From the NCBI GenBank assembly GCA_963770565.1, contig CAVYQE010000011.1:416001-480000 (forward strand): a stretch of 64,000 bases of DNA, given 5' to 3'. Positions 32,914 to 42,472 of the stretch are shown piece by piece. Within the stretch, counting starts at the first letter, position 1, and the number at the start of each line of letters is the position of its first letter. A program made the translations under genes and the position numbers. The stretch is from an uncultured Actinomycetota bacterium. GTDB lineage: Bacteria > Actinomycetota > Actinomycetes > JAFAQI01. The notes beneath the pieces are model-generated. The model did not search any database and was not told the origin of the DNA. It saw only the letters and a list, made by a program, of their open reading frames with translations.

Positions 32914-33713
32914 GGTCTCGGGGCGCGGAGTCGGGTCGAGCCACGCCCGTGCGGCCGCCGACCCCGCACGCGTCGGGAGCACGCCCGCCCGACGTCCCGC
33001 CCGATCTGGTGCCCCGACATGTCGCGATCGTGATGGACGGCAACGGGCGGTGGGCCAAGCAGCGCGGCTTGCCCCGGACGGTCGGCCATGAGCAGGGCGA
33101 GAGCTCGCTGTTCGACGTCGTGGAGGGCGCCATCGAGATCGGCGTGAAGTGGTTGTCGGCGTACGCGTTCTCGACCGAGAACTGGAAGCGGTCGCCCGAC
33201 GAGGTGCGGTTCCTGATGGGGTTCAACCGCGATGTGATCCGGCGCCGGCGCGACGAGATGCACGCGATGGGCGTCCGGGTGCGGTGGGCCGGGCGCCGGC
33301 CGCGGCTATGGCGCTCGGTGATCCGGGAGCTCGAGATCGCCGAGGAGATGACCCGCCACAACCGGGTGCTGACCCTCACGATGTGCGTCAACTACGGCGG
33401 CCGCGCCGAGATCGCGGATGCCGCCGCGGCGTTGGCGCGCGATGTCGCCGCCGGGCGGCTCGACCCGGACAAGGTCACCGACCGGGTGTTCGCGCACTAT
33501 CTCGACGAGCCGGAGATGCCGGACGTCGACTTGTTCGTGCGCTCGTCGGGCGAGCAGCGGACGTCCAACTTCCTGCTCTGGCAGTCCGCCTACGCCGAAA
33601 TGGTCTTCCAGGACACCCTCTGGCCGGACTACGACCGGCTGACGCTGTGGTCGGCGATCGAGGAGTACGCCCGCCGGGACCGTCGCTACGGTGGTGCGCA
33701 GGAGGATCTGTGA
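32910..33713 (+). CDS. uppS: cis-isoprenyl transferase (undecaprenyl/decaprenyl diphosphate synthase)
   Basis: [47 protein letters not shown]. Confidence 0.94.
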   Translation: MRSRGAESGRATPVRPPTPHASGARPPDVPPDLVPRHVAIVMDGNGRWAKQRGLPRTVGHEQGESSLFDVVEGAIEIGVKWLSAYAFSTENWKRSPDEVRFLMGFNRDVIRRRRDEMHAMGVRVRWAGRRPRLWRSVIRELEIAEEMTRHNRVLTLTMCVNYGGRAEIADAAAALARDVAAGRLDPDKVTDRVFAHYLDEPEMPDVDLFVRSSGEQRTSNFLLWQSAYAEMVFQDTLWPDYDRLTLWSAIEEYARRDRRYGGAQEDL

Positions 33714-34078
33714 GGCTGCACCACGTCAACATCGTCGTACGACCCGGCGAGACCGATCGGCTGCTCGACTTCTATACCGAGGTGCTCGGGCTGGCGCAGG
33801 TCGAGAAACCGAGCGAGGGTACGACGCCCGGCGGCGCCTGGTTCGACATCGACGAGGCCCACCAATTGCACATCTCCGAGCGGGTCGATGCGGTCATGCA
33901 CGACGACATGCACTTCGGTCTGGTCGTCGACGACTTCGACGCTGTGCTGGCCCGGATTGCGGCCGCGGGTGCGCCATGGCGCCCGCAGGCGGATCTGTTC
34001 GGCGGGCGGCGCGGATCGACCCGCGATCCGCTCGGCAACCGGATCGAGCTGCTCGAGCCGGTCGGCCAACTCGGGTAG
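33710..34078 (+). CDS. VOC/glyoxalase family protein
   Basis: [29 protein letters not shown]. Confidence 0.85.
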   Translation: MRLHHVNIVVRPGETDRLLDFYTEVLGLAQVEKPSEGTTPGGAWFDIDEAHQLHISERVDAVMHDDMHFGLVVDDFDAVLARIAAAGAPWRPQADLFGGRRGSTRDPLGNRIELLEPVGQLG

Positions 34079-34088
34079 GCCGCCCGCG

Positions 34089-34319
34089 CTAGCCGCCGAA
34101 CCGCGCGGCTGCGACGACGGCGATCAAGACGATCACTGCGAGCCTCAGCACCCGGTCGCCGGTCCGCAGCACCGGCCAGGTCACCGTGGCGAGTCCGATC
34201 AGGACGAGGTCGGTTGCGGTCAGCAGTGCGCCGCTGAGGACGCCGTGGGTGAACAGGCCGGAGACGAAGAGTGCGCCCACACCGAGCGCGCCCAGCAGCA
34301 AGACCAACCGGCGAGGCAT
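34089..34319 (-). CDS. Small 3-TM membrane protein
   Basis: Hydrophobic, TWP.L...R.LR pattern; divergent from the ABM gene. Confidence 0.6.
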   Translation of the reverse strand: MPRRLVLLLGALGVGALFVSGLFTHGVLSGALLTATDLVLIGLATVTWPVLRTGDRVLRLAVIVLIAVVAAARFGG

Positions 34320-34338
34320 AGGTGACATCCTCACAGGC

Positions 34339-34620
34339 GTGCTCGTCGTCGCGCGGCTGCGCCCACCCGAAGACCTCGCGTCGTTCCGCGCCGGCGTCCA
34401 TGCCGCGCTGGATGCGCTCTCGGCGCGACCCGGCCACGTGCAGAGCCGGCTCGCCCAGGCGCTCGAGGACCCGGCGGTTTGGGTGCTCGTCAGCGAGTGG
34501 CTCGACGTCGGGTCGTACCGCCGAGCGTTGTCGTCGTACGACGTGCGGATGGCCAGCGCGGCTCTGATGGGTGCGGTCATTGACGAGCCGACCGCGTTCG
34601 AGGTCGTCGACCAGACCTAG
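34339..34620 (+). CDS. antibiotic biosynthesis monooxygenase (ABM) domain protein
   Basis: [26 protein letters not shown]; upstream of glyQS. Confidence 0.8.
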   Translation: MLVVARLRPPEDLASFRAGVHAALDALSARPGHVQSRLAQALEDPAVWVLVSEWLDVGSYRRALSSYDVRMASAALMGAVIDEPTAFEVVDQT

Positions 34621-34696
34621 GGCGGCGGGTCGCCTGTGCGGATCGCGGCTAGGCTTGCGTCTTCCCGCCGACCGCCAGCCGGATGGAGCCCGCCGA

Positions 34697-36106
34697 ATGG
34701 CCAGCAACGCGCCCGCACGAGACGCCTCCCGGATCGAGGAGCTCGTCAGCCTCTGCAAGCGCCGGGGGATCGTCTTCCCCTCTTCCGAGATCTACGGCGG
34801 AAGCCGCTCGGCCTGGGACTACGGCCCGCTCGGCGTCGAGCTCAAGGAGAACATCCGCAAACAGTGGTGGCGGGCGATGGTCCAGACCCGCGACGACGTG
34901 GTCGGGCTCGACTCGGCGGTGATCCTCGCCCCTGAGGTGTGGAAGGCGTCTGGTCACCTCGACGCGTTCGTCGACCCGCTGGTCGAGTGCCAGTCGTGTC
35001 ACAAGCGCTTCCGAGAGGACCATCTGCGCGAGGAGTTCGCCGAGCGGAAGAAGATCGCCGACCCCGACAGCATCGCGATGTCGACCGTCGTCTGCCCGCA
35101 CTGCGGCACCCGTGGCGCGTGGACCGAGCCGCGGACCTTCAACGGGCTGATGACGACCTATCTCGGCGCGACCGAGGACGAAGGGTCTCTGCACTACCTC
35201 CGCCCGGAGACCGCGCAGGGCATCTTCATCAACTTCCTCAACGTGATGACTGCTTCCCGGCGGCGGCCGCCGTTCGGCATCGCTCAGGTCGGCAAGTCGT
35301 TCCGCAACGAGATCACCCCCGGCAACTTCATCTTCCGCACTCGCGAGTTCGAGCAGATGGAGATGGAGTTCTTCGTCGTACCGGGCACTGACGAGGAGTG
35401 GCACGAGACCTGGATCGAGAACCGCTGGAACTGGTACGTCGACCTCGGGTTGGCCGAGGACGACCTCCGCCGCTTCGAGCACCCGAAGGAGAAGCTGTCG
35501 CACTACTCGAAGCGGACCGTCGACATCGAGTACCGGTTCCGCTTCGGCGGCTCGGAGTGGGGCGAGCTCGAGGGGATCGCAAACCGGACCGACTTCGACC
35601 TGAAGACGCACGCCGAGCACTCCGGGGCGGACCTGACGTACTTCGACCAGGACAAGAGCGAGCGGTGGACGCCGTACGTCATCGAGCCGGCCGCCGGGCT
35701 GACCCGCTGCGTCCTGGCCTTCCTGCTCGGCGCGCTCTCGACCGACGAGGCGCCGAACGCGAAGGGCGTGCTGGAGAAGCGGACCGTGATGCGCCTCGAC
35801 CCGCGGCTGGCGCCGGTGAAGGTCGCGGTGCTCCCGCTGTCGCGCAACGCCGAGCTGTCGCCGAAGGCCAAGGCGCTCGCCGAGCAGCTTCGGCAGCGGT
35901 GGAACGTGGAGTTCGATGATGCCGGTGCGATCGGCCGCCGCTACCGCCGGCAGGACGAGATCGGTACGCCGTTCTGCATCACGATCGACTTCGAGACCCT
36001 CGACGACGACGCGGCGACCATCCGCTCGCGCGACACGATGAAGCAGGAGCGGATCCCCCTCGGAGGCGTCGAGCCCTACCTCCTCAACACCCTCCCCCCC
36101 TGCTAA
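34697..36106 (+). CDS. glyQS: glycine--tRNA ligase (alpha2 type)
   Basis: [57 protein letters not shown]. Confidence 0.96.
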   Translation: MASNAPARDASRIEELVSLCKRRGIVFPSSEIYGGSRSAWDYGPLGVELKENIRKQWWRAMVQTRDDVVGLDSAVILAPEVWKASGHLDAFVDPLVECQSCHKRFREDHLREEFAERKKIADPDSIAMSTVVCPHCGTRGAWTEPRTFNGLMTTYLGATEDEGSLHYLRPETAQGIFINFLNVMTASRRRPPFGIAQVGKSFRNEITPGNFIFRTREFEQMEMEFFVVPGTDEEWHETWIENRWNWYVDLGLAEDDLRRFEHPKEKLSHYSKRTVDIEYRFRFGGSEWGELEGIANRTDFDLKTHAEHSGADLTYFDQDKSERWTPYVIEPAAGLTRCVLAFLLGALSTDEAPNAKGVLEKRTVMRLDPRLAPVKVAVLPLSRNAELSPKAKALAEQLRQRWNVEFDDAGAIGRRYRRQDEIGTPFCITIDFETLDDDAATIRSRDTMKQERIPLGGVEPYLLNTLPPC

Positions 36107-36120
36107 CCCCGCCAGCCGCT

Positions 36121-36166
36121 GCGGCGGCCACCTGACTGCGCTAGAACGCACCGAAACGGCCGCCGC
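36121..36166 (-). repeat. 46-bp hairpin element, left flank of AbiEi/DUF559-like gene
   Basis: GCGGCGGCC..TGCG-N6-CGCA..GGCCGCCGC; its reverse complement matches 37182-37227 at 31/46 without gaps. Confidence 0.75.
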
Positions 36167-36230
36167 GGTGGCCATCCACAGATTCGGTTGCCACGGTCGA
36201 GATCTCCGCGGGCCACGACAGCCTGGCGGC

Positions 36231-37196
36231 ATGCCTCGCCTTTGCCCGGTCGATCCGTTGTTCGGCGCTGTTGTCGATGAGCAAGACGGTGTTGTCCATC
36301 GAGATCAGGCAATCCGCCACGGTCTGACGCGGACGGCTCTCACTTACCGCCTGAGGAGCCAGCGTTGGCAGGTACTGCTCCCCGATGTCTACCTCGCCCG
36401 GGCCGGCGAGCCCAGCCGCCGTCAGATGCTCATCGCTGCTGTTCTGTTTGCCGGCTCTGACGCAGCGGTCGATGACGCGAGCGCGTGCCGGTTCCACGGG
36501 ATCAGCTCGGTTCCGGACGAGGACGGGCAGGTGTACGTCGTTGTGCCGTGGGGTTCGGCGGCGCGAAGCCGCCGGTTCGTTACCGTCCGGCGGACGAACG
36601 CACCGATCCGTTACTTGTCGACCCGCGTCCTGCGATACGTGGATCCCGCGACCGCCGTCATTGCGGCGACTCGGCGGATGCGGAACGAGCGCGCGGTGCT
36701 CGCTGCTCTGAGTGACGTGCTTCAGCGGCGCCTCACGACGTACGACGACCTCGTCCGCGCGCATGTCGAGGGGCCACCTCGGAACTCGCGGCTGGCGGAC
36801 GACGCCTTGGAGCACCTCGGCGCCGGGACGAGATCTGCTCCTGAAGCCGACTTCCGGCGGCTCGTCGGCGCGAGCGCGCTGCTCCCGACGCCCGAGTTCA
36901 ATCTCTGGCTCCGCCTCTCGAGCGGGCGGGTGGTTTGCGTCGACGCGTTGTTCAGGTCGTCAGCGGTGGTGCACGAGACGAACGGGCGTGCCGTGCACGC
37001 TCGCGAGGACCGGTTCGAAGACATGCAAGAACGCCATGACGCGCTCACCGCGGAGGGGTTCACCGTGCTCCATAACTCGCCGCGACGGCTGGGTCTGCGA
37101 GGCCGCGAAGTGATCGCCGAGGTCGAGAGGTGCCACCTTCGCTTCAATGGCCGCGGTATGCCGTCGGGGGTGGTCGAGCTCACGATGGCCGGATAG
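36231..37196 (+). CDS. AbiEi-like wHTH + DUF559/Vsr-like PD-(D/E)XK nuclease-fold protein
   Basis: EQDGVVHRDQA..GL..W..LLPDVY N-terminus; RSAPE, PEFN..VDA...HETNG..H....ERHDAL..EGF.VL C-terminus. Confidence 0.8.
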   Translation: MPRLCPVDPLFGAVVDEQDGVVHRDQAIRHGLTRTALTYRLRSQRWQVLLPDVYLARAGEPSRRQMLIAAVLFAGSDAAVDDASACRFHGISSVPDEDGQVYVVVPWGSAARSRRFVTVRRTNAPIRYLSTRVLRYVDPATAVIAATRRMRNERAVLAALSDVLQRRLTTYDDLVRAHVEGPPRNSRLADDALEHLGAGTRSAPEADFRRLVGASALLPTPEFNLWLRLSSGRVVCVDALFRSSAVVHETNGRAVHAREDRFEDMQERHDALTAEGFTVLHNSPRRLGLRGREVIAEVERCHLRFNGRGMPSGVVELTMAG

Positions 37197-37227
37197 CTGC
37201 GTTCTATGGCAGCGAGACGGCCATCGC
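37182..37227 (+). repeat. 46-bp hairpin element, right flank; contains the gene's TAG stop
   Basis: CGATGGCCG..GCTGC-N8-GCAGC..CGGCCATCG. Confidence 0.75.
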
Positions 37228-37339
37228 GGGGTCGGGGTGCGTGGCTGACCGGCGGACACGCGGATTCGTCCCGTCATCTGCGCTGGGTAGTGTCGTAGGG
37301 GGCCCGGATGGGTGGATTTTCGTGAGTCGAGGAGCAGGT

Positions 37340-40030
37340 GTGCCGAAGTACGTTTACGACTTCAGCGAGGGCAATCGCGACCTCAAGGACCTGCTCGGCG
37401 GTAAGGGCGCGAATCTCGCCGAGATGACCAACCTCGGCCTGCCGGTGCCGCCGGGCTTCACGATCACGACCGAGGCCTGCAACGTCTACCTCGAGACGGG
37501 GTCCGAGCCGGTCGAGCTCCAGCGCGAGGTCAGCGCGCACCTGGCCGCGCTCGAGCAGGCGATGGGCAAGTCGCTCGGCCAGGCCGACGACCCGCTGCTG
37601 GTGAGTGTGCGGTCGGGCGCGAAGTTCTCGATGCCCGGAATGATGGACACCGTCCTCAACATCGGCCTGAACGACGACTCGGTCGACGGCCTGGCCAAGC
37701 AGTCTGGCAACGAGCGATTCGCCTGGGACTCCTACCGCCGGCTGATCCAGATGTTCGGCAAGACCGTGCTCGGCGTCGACGGCGAGCACTTCGACGACGT
37801 CTTCGACGCCGCCAAGCACGCCAAGGGCGTTACCGACGACCTCGACCTCGACGAGTCCGACCTGCGCCAGATCGTCGCCCGCTACAAGACAGTCGTTGCC
37901 GAGCACGCCGGCCGCGAGTTTCCGAGCGAGCCGCGCGAGCAGCTCGACCTCGCCGTACGCGCGGTGTTTGAGTCCTGGAACGGCGACCGGGCCAAGCTCT
38001 ACCGTCGCCAGGAGCGGATCCCCGCCAACCTGGGTACGGCGGTCAACATCGTCGCGATGGTCTTCGGCAACATCGGGATGGACTCCGGCACCGGCGTCGC
38101 GTTCACTCGCGACCCGGGCACGGGTGACAAGGGTGTCTACGGCGACTATCTGCAGAACGCGCAGGGCGAGGACGTCGTCGCGGGTATTCGCAACACCGTC
38201 TCGCTCGCCGAGCTCGAGAACATCGACAAGCCGGCGTACGACGAACTGATGTCGATCATGGCGACGCTCGAGCACCACTATCGAGACTTGTGTGACATCG
38301 AGTTCACCGTCGAGCGCAACAAGCTCTGGATGCTGCAGACCCGGATCGGGAAGCGGACCGCGGGCGCCGCGTTCATCATCGCGATGCAGCTGGTCGACGA
38401 AGGCTTGATCGACATCGATGAGGCGCTGCAGCGGGTGACCGGAGCGCAGCTGGCGCAGCTGATGTTCCCGCGCTTCGACGACGACGTGGCCAAGAACCAG
38501 ATCGCAACCGGCGTAAGTGCATCGCCGGGCGCAGCGGTTGGCAAGGCGGTGTTCGACAGCGTGACCGCCGGTGAGTGGGCGGCGCGCGGGGAAGCCGTGA
38601 TCCTGGTCCGCCGCGAGACCAACCCCGACGACCTGCCGGGCATGATCGCGGCCGAAGGAATCCTCACCAGCCGGGGCGGCAAGACCAGCCACGCGGCGGT
38701 GGTCGCACGCGGCATGGGCAAGACCTGCGTGTCCGGTGCGGACGACCTCGAGGTCGACGTCAAGGCCAAGCTGGTCACGACCAAGAGCGGTACCAGCTTC
38801 GGCGAGGGCGACGTCATCTCGATCGACGGGACGGCCGGCCGGGTCTATCTCGGCGAGGTGCCGGTCGTGTCGAGCCCGGTCGTGCAGTACTTCGAGGGCA
38901 CGATCGACGGTACGGCGGACCCGCTGGTCACTGCGGTCGACCGGGTCATCACCCACGCCGACTCCAAGCGCCGGCTCGGCGTACGAGCCAATGCCGACAC
39001 CGAAGACGACGCAGCGCGGGCCCGCCGCTTCGGTGCGCGCGGCATCGGGCTTTGCCGGACCGAGCACATGTTCCTCGGCGAGCGGCGCAAGCACGTCGAG
39101 CGGCTGATCCTGGCCGAGGGCGCGGAGGAGCAGCACGCCGCGCTCGATGCGCTGCTGCCGCTGCAGCGCGAGGACTTCGTCGGGATCTTCACCGCGATGG
39201 ACGGTCTGCCGGTGACGGTCCGGCTGATCGACCCGCCATTGCACGAGTTCCTGCCTGATCTCACCGACCTCTCGGTCAAGATCGCCGTGCAGGAGGCGAA
39301 GGGCGAGCCGGTCGCCGACTCCGACCACCGACTGCTCGAAGCGGTCCGGCGGTTGCACGAACAGAACCCGATGCTGGGTCTGCGCGGCGTGCGGCTCGGT
39401 TTGGTAATCCCCGGCCTGTTCGCGCTGCAGGTCCGTGCGATCGCGGAGGCCGCGGCACAGGTCAAGAAGGCCGGGAAGGACCCGAAGCCGGAGATCATGG
39501 TGCCGCTCGTCGGTGCCGTGCAGGAGCTGGAGATCGTCCGCGAGGAGGCGGAGCGGATCCTCGCCACGGTCGCAAAGGAGAGCGGGGTCGAGGTCGACAC
39601 GCTGATCGGCACAATGATCGAGGTTCCGCGCGCGGCGCTGACCGCCGGGCAGATCGCCGAGGCCGCCGACTTCTTCTCCTTCGGCACCAACGACCTCACC
39701 CAGATGGGCTGGGCGTTCAGCCGGGACGACGTCGAGGGCGCGTTCTTCCCGCGATACATCGATCTCGGGATCTTCGGCGTCAGCCCGTTCGAGACGCTCG
39801 ACACCGAGGGCATCGGGCGGCTGGTCAAGATCGCTGTCGACGAGGGTCGCGCGGTCAAGCCGCACTTGCACGTTGGCGTGTGCGGCGAGCACGGCGGTGA
39901 TCCCGAGTCGGTGCACTTCTTCCACGCGGTCGGGCTCGACTACGTCTCATGCTCACCGTTCCGGGTGCCGGTCGCCCGGCTCGAGGCCGGTCGCGCCGCG
40001 CTCGACGCGCAGGGCAGCGACAGTCGCTGA
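37340..40030 (+). CDS. ppdK: pyruvate, phosphate dikinase
   Basis: LGGKGANLAEM, SVRSGA..SMPGMMDT, GGKTSHAAVVAR, GIGLCRTEHMF, SFGTNDLTQ, CGEHGG. Confidence 0.97.
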   Translation: MPKYVYDFSEGNRDLKDLLGGKGANLAEMTNLGLPVPPGFTITTEACNVYLETGSEPVELQREVSAHLAALEQAMGKSLGQADDPLLVSVRSGAKFSMPGMMDTVLNIGLNDDSVDGLAKQSGNERFAWDSYRRLIQMFGKTVLGVDGEHFDDVFDAAKHAKGVTDDLDLDESDLRQIVARYKTVVAEHAGREFPSEPREQLDLAVRAVFESWNGDRAKLYRRQERIPANLGTAVNIVAMVFGNIGMDSGTGVAFTRDPGTGDKGVYGDYLQNAQGEDVVAGIRNTVSLAELENIDKPAYDELMSIMATLEHHYRDLCDIEFTVERNKLWMLQTRIGKRTAGAAFIIAMQLVDEGLIDIDEALQRVTGAQLAQLMFPRFDDDVAKNQIATGVSASPGAAVGKAVFDSVTAGEWAARGEAVILVRRETNPDDLPGMIAAEGILTSRGGKTSHAAVVARGMGKTCVSGADDLEVDVKAKLVTTKSGTSFGEGDVISIDGTAGRVYLGEVPVVSSPVVQYFEGTIDGTADPLVTAVDRVITHADSKRRLGVRANADTEDDAARARRFGARGIGLCRTEHMFLGERRKHVERLILAEGAEEQHAALDALLPLQREDFVGIFTAMDGLPVTVRLIDPPLHEFLPDLTDLSVKIAVQEAKGEPVADSDHRLLEAVRRLHEQNPMLGLRGVRLGLVIPGLFALQVRAIAEAAAQVKKAGKDPKPEIMVPLVGAVQELEIVREEAERILATVAKESGVEVDTLIGTMIEVPRAALTAGQIAEAADFFSFGTNDLTQMGWAFSRDDVEGAFFPRYIDLGIFGVSPFETLDTEGIGRLVKIAVDEGRAVKPHLHVGVCGEHGGDPESVHFFHAVGLDYVSCSPFRVPVARLEAGRAALDAQGSDSR

Positions 40031-40057
40031 GCCGCACGTTGTGATCCCGCTCGTACC

Positions 40058-40690
40058 GTGACCCCGTTTGCGTGGTTCCGCTGGGCGCGCCGCGTCGTCC
40101 TCGCGATCGTCGCGTTGGTCGTGGTCGCGGTCCTCTACGTCGCCGTACACATCTGGTGGGTGGCCCGCGAGGACCAACACCCGCGCTCGGACGCGATCGT
40201 CGTGCTCGGCGCCAGCCAATACAACGGTGTCCCCTCGCCGGTCTTCGCCGCCCGCCTTGCGCACGCCGTCACGTTGTACGACGAACACGTCGCCTCGCAC
40301 ATCGTCACGGTCGGCGGCAAGGAGCCCGGTGACGCCTACACCGAGGCCGAGGCCGGAAAGACCTTCCTCACCGCGCATGGCGTGCCGCCGACCGCGGTCG
40401 TTGCGTTGCAGACCGGCCGCGACACGTTGCGCAGCCTGCGCGCGGTCGATGCGGAGTTCAAGGCGAAGCGCTGGCACAGTGCCGTGCTGGTCACCGACCC
40501 GTGGAACTGCCTGCGCGCCCGGACGATGGCGCGTGACCTCGGCATCCGGGCGGACACCTCGCCGGAGCGCACCGGCCCTGCGGTCGCGAGCCGAAGCGTC
40601 GAGATCCACTACATCGCCCGGGAGACCGAGGCCTACATCTATTACAAGATCTTCCACAACGACAACGAGCACTCGGCGGGTGTGGTTTGA
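40058..40690 (+). CDS. YdcF/DUF218 (ElyC/SanA-like) family protein
   Basis: N-terminal TM, DAIVVLGA, RL..A..LY, GG....TEA, LVTD. Confidence 0.85.
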   Translation: MTPFAWFRWARRVVLAIVALVVVAVLYVAVHIWWVAREDQHPRSDAIVVLGASQYNGVPSPVFAARLAHAVTLYDEHVASHIVTVGGKEPGDAYTEAEAGKTFLTAHGVPPTAVVALQTGRDTLRSLRAVDAEFKAKRWHSAVLVTDPWNCLRARTMARDLGIRADTSPERTGPAVASRSVEIHYIARETEAYIYYKIFHNDNEHSAGVV

Positions 40691-41940
40691 CCGGGTACGA
40701 CGCGGCCACCCGCGAACGCCGGGTGGCCGAGCCCGAGAAGCTCGCCAAGGGTGAGCGGGACGAGTTCGTTCGCGATCGCGCCCGGGTGCTGCATTCGGTC
40801 GCGTTGCGGCGGTTGGCGGCGCGGACCCAGGTGGTCGGGGTGGGGGAGAGCGACTTCCCGCGGACCCGGCTGACCCACTCGCTGGAGTGCGCCCAGATCG
40901 GCCGCGAGCTCGCGGTCGCGCTGGGCGCGGACGCAGACCTGGTGGACACCGCGTGCCTCGCGCACGACCTCGGCCATCCACCGTTCGGCCACAACGGCGA
41001 GACCGCGCTGGACGAGTTCGCCGAGTCGATCGGCGGGTTCGAAGGCAACGCGCAGAGCTTCCGGGTGTTGACCCGACTCGAAGCCAAGGTTCTCGACGCC
41101 GGCGGCGTCAGCGCCGGTCTCAACCTCACCCGCGCCACCCTCGACGCGGCGACGAAGTACCCCTGGCCCCGCCAGCCCGATTCGCCGAAGTTCGGCGTCT
41201 ACGCCGATGACCTGCCGAGCTTCCAGTGGATGCGCGGCGATGCGCCGGCCCAGGCCCGGTGCGTCGAGGCGCAGATCATGGACTGGGCCGACGACGTCGC
41301 CTACTCGGTCCACGACCTCGAGGACGGCGTACAGGCCGGACATGTCTCGCTGCGCCGGATCGACGACGCCGCCGACCGGACCGAGGTGATCGCGGTCGCC
41401 CGCGAGTCCTATCTCGACGTGCCGGCCGACGATCTCGATGACGCGCTCACCAGGCTTCGGTCGCAGGAGTTCTGGCTGCACGACTTCGACGGGTCGCTGC
41501 GCGCGATGGTCGCGCTGAAGCGCATGACCAGCGAGCTGATCGGTCGGCTGTGCAGTGCCGCGACGCAGGCCACCCGCGAGCGCGCCGACGGTCGCCCGCT
41601 TCGGCGGTACGACGGCGACGTCGTGGTTCCGGCGGCGACCCGGGCCGAGTGCGCGGTGCTCAAGGCGATCGCGGATCGCTACGTCATGCGCCGCGACAAG
41701 ACGGTCATCCTGCAGCGACGGCAGCGGGAGCAACTGACCGAGTTGCTCGCCGCGCTCGTCGACACCGCGCCGGGCTCGCTCGAGCCCTGGCTGCGAACGG
41801 CCTTCGACGCGGCGCCCGGCGATGCCGCCAAGCTCCGGGTGGTGGTCGACCAGGTGGCCTCGCTGACCGACCCGTCGGCGCTGGCCTGGCACGAGCGGTA
41901 CGTCGGGGAAGGCCGCGGACGCGAGGGCAGGCAGGTGTGA
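40687..41940 (+). CDS. dgt: deoxyguanosinetriphosphate triphosphohydrolase
   Basis: RDRAR..HS..RRL, RTRLTHSLE, HDLGHPPFGH.GE, FEGNAQ, ADDVAYS.HD.ED. Confidence 0.94.
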   Translation: MTGYDAATRERRVAEPEKLAKGERDEFVRDRARVLHSVALRRLAARTQVVGVGESDFPRTRLTHSLECAQIGRELAVALGADADLVDTACLAHDLGHPPFGHNGETALDEFAESIGGFEGNAQSFRVLTRLEAKVLDAGGVSAGLNLTRATLDAATKYPWPRQPDSPKFGVYADDLPSFQWMRGDAPAQARCVEAQIMDWADDVAYSVHDLEDGVQAGHVSLRRIDDAADRTEVIAVARESYLDVPADDLDDALTRLRSQEFWLHDFDGSLRAMVALKRMTSELIGRLCSAATQATRERADGRPLRRYDGDVVVPAATRAECAVLKAIADRYVMRRDKTVILQRRQREQLTELLAALVDTAPGSLEPWLRTAFDAAPGDAAKLRVVVDQVASLTDPSALAWHERYVGEGRGREGRQV

Positions 41941-42374
41941 CCGTCGTGGTTCGACCCGCGACGACCGCGGAGATCCTCGACCTGCGCCTGCGGGTGCTGC
42001 GCCCGACCGTGCCCCGCGTGCCGAATCCGCGCGATCTCGAGCCGACCACGATCCACATCGGTGCCTTCGACGGCGCCGACGCGATCGGCTGCGCCACGGT
42101 GCAGCCCGAGCCCTACGAGCACGACGTCGCGGCCTGGCGGATGCGCGGGATGGCGGTCGAGCCGGCGTACCAAGGTCGTGGGGTCGGCCGGCGGGTGCTC
42201 GAAGCCGCCACTGCCGCGGCCGAGCAGGGAGGCGCGGCGATGCTGTGGGCGAACGGGCGGGTGAGCGCGATGGAGTTCTATCTCGCGCTGGGCTGGGAGC
42301 CGGTCGGGCCGGTGTTCGATCATGGCCCCGACTCGCTCCCGCATCGGGTGATCCTGCGGCGCTCCGGCTCGTAG
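41937..42374 (+). CDS. GNAT N-acetyltransferase
   Basis: LR..VLRP, MRGMAV...QGRGVG, WANGR..A..FY..GW. Confidence 0.85.
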   Translation: MTVVVRPATTAEILDLRLRVLRPTVPRVPNPRDLEPTTIHIGAFDGADAIGCATVQPEPYEHDVAAWRMRGMAVEPAYQGRGVGRRVLEAATAAAEQGGAAMLWANGRVSAMEFYLALGWEPVGPVFDHGPDSLPHRVILRRSGS

Positions 42375-42472
42375 CCGGCGGGCCGGAACTCGTCGGCGGG
42401 TCACCGTAGAGTGTCGGAAGGCGACTTCCCCCGCTTGAAAGACGATCGAACCGAACCCGACGGGAGGCGGCC

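Noticed and set aside
29605-32982. 1125-aa giant protease fusion
   Set aside because: The first ~300 codons are the antisense shadow of recO; the signal peptide starts at 32085
36231-37196. Type IV toxin-antitoxin (AbiE) module
   Set aside because: No adjacent AbiEii nucleotidyltransferase toxin gene
37274-39925. Long antisense ORFs (also 7225-9822, 13404-15170, 3206-4978, 34649-36232, 11670-13052)
   Set aside because: Expected stop-poor shadow frames opposite well-supported genes in high-GC DNA; no motifs
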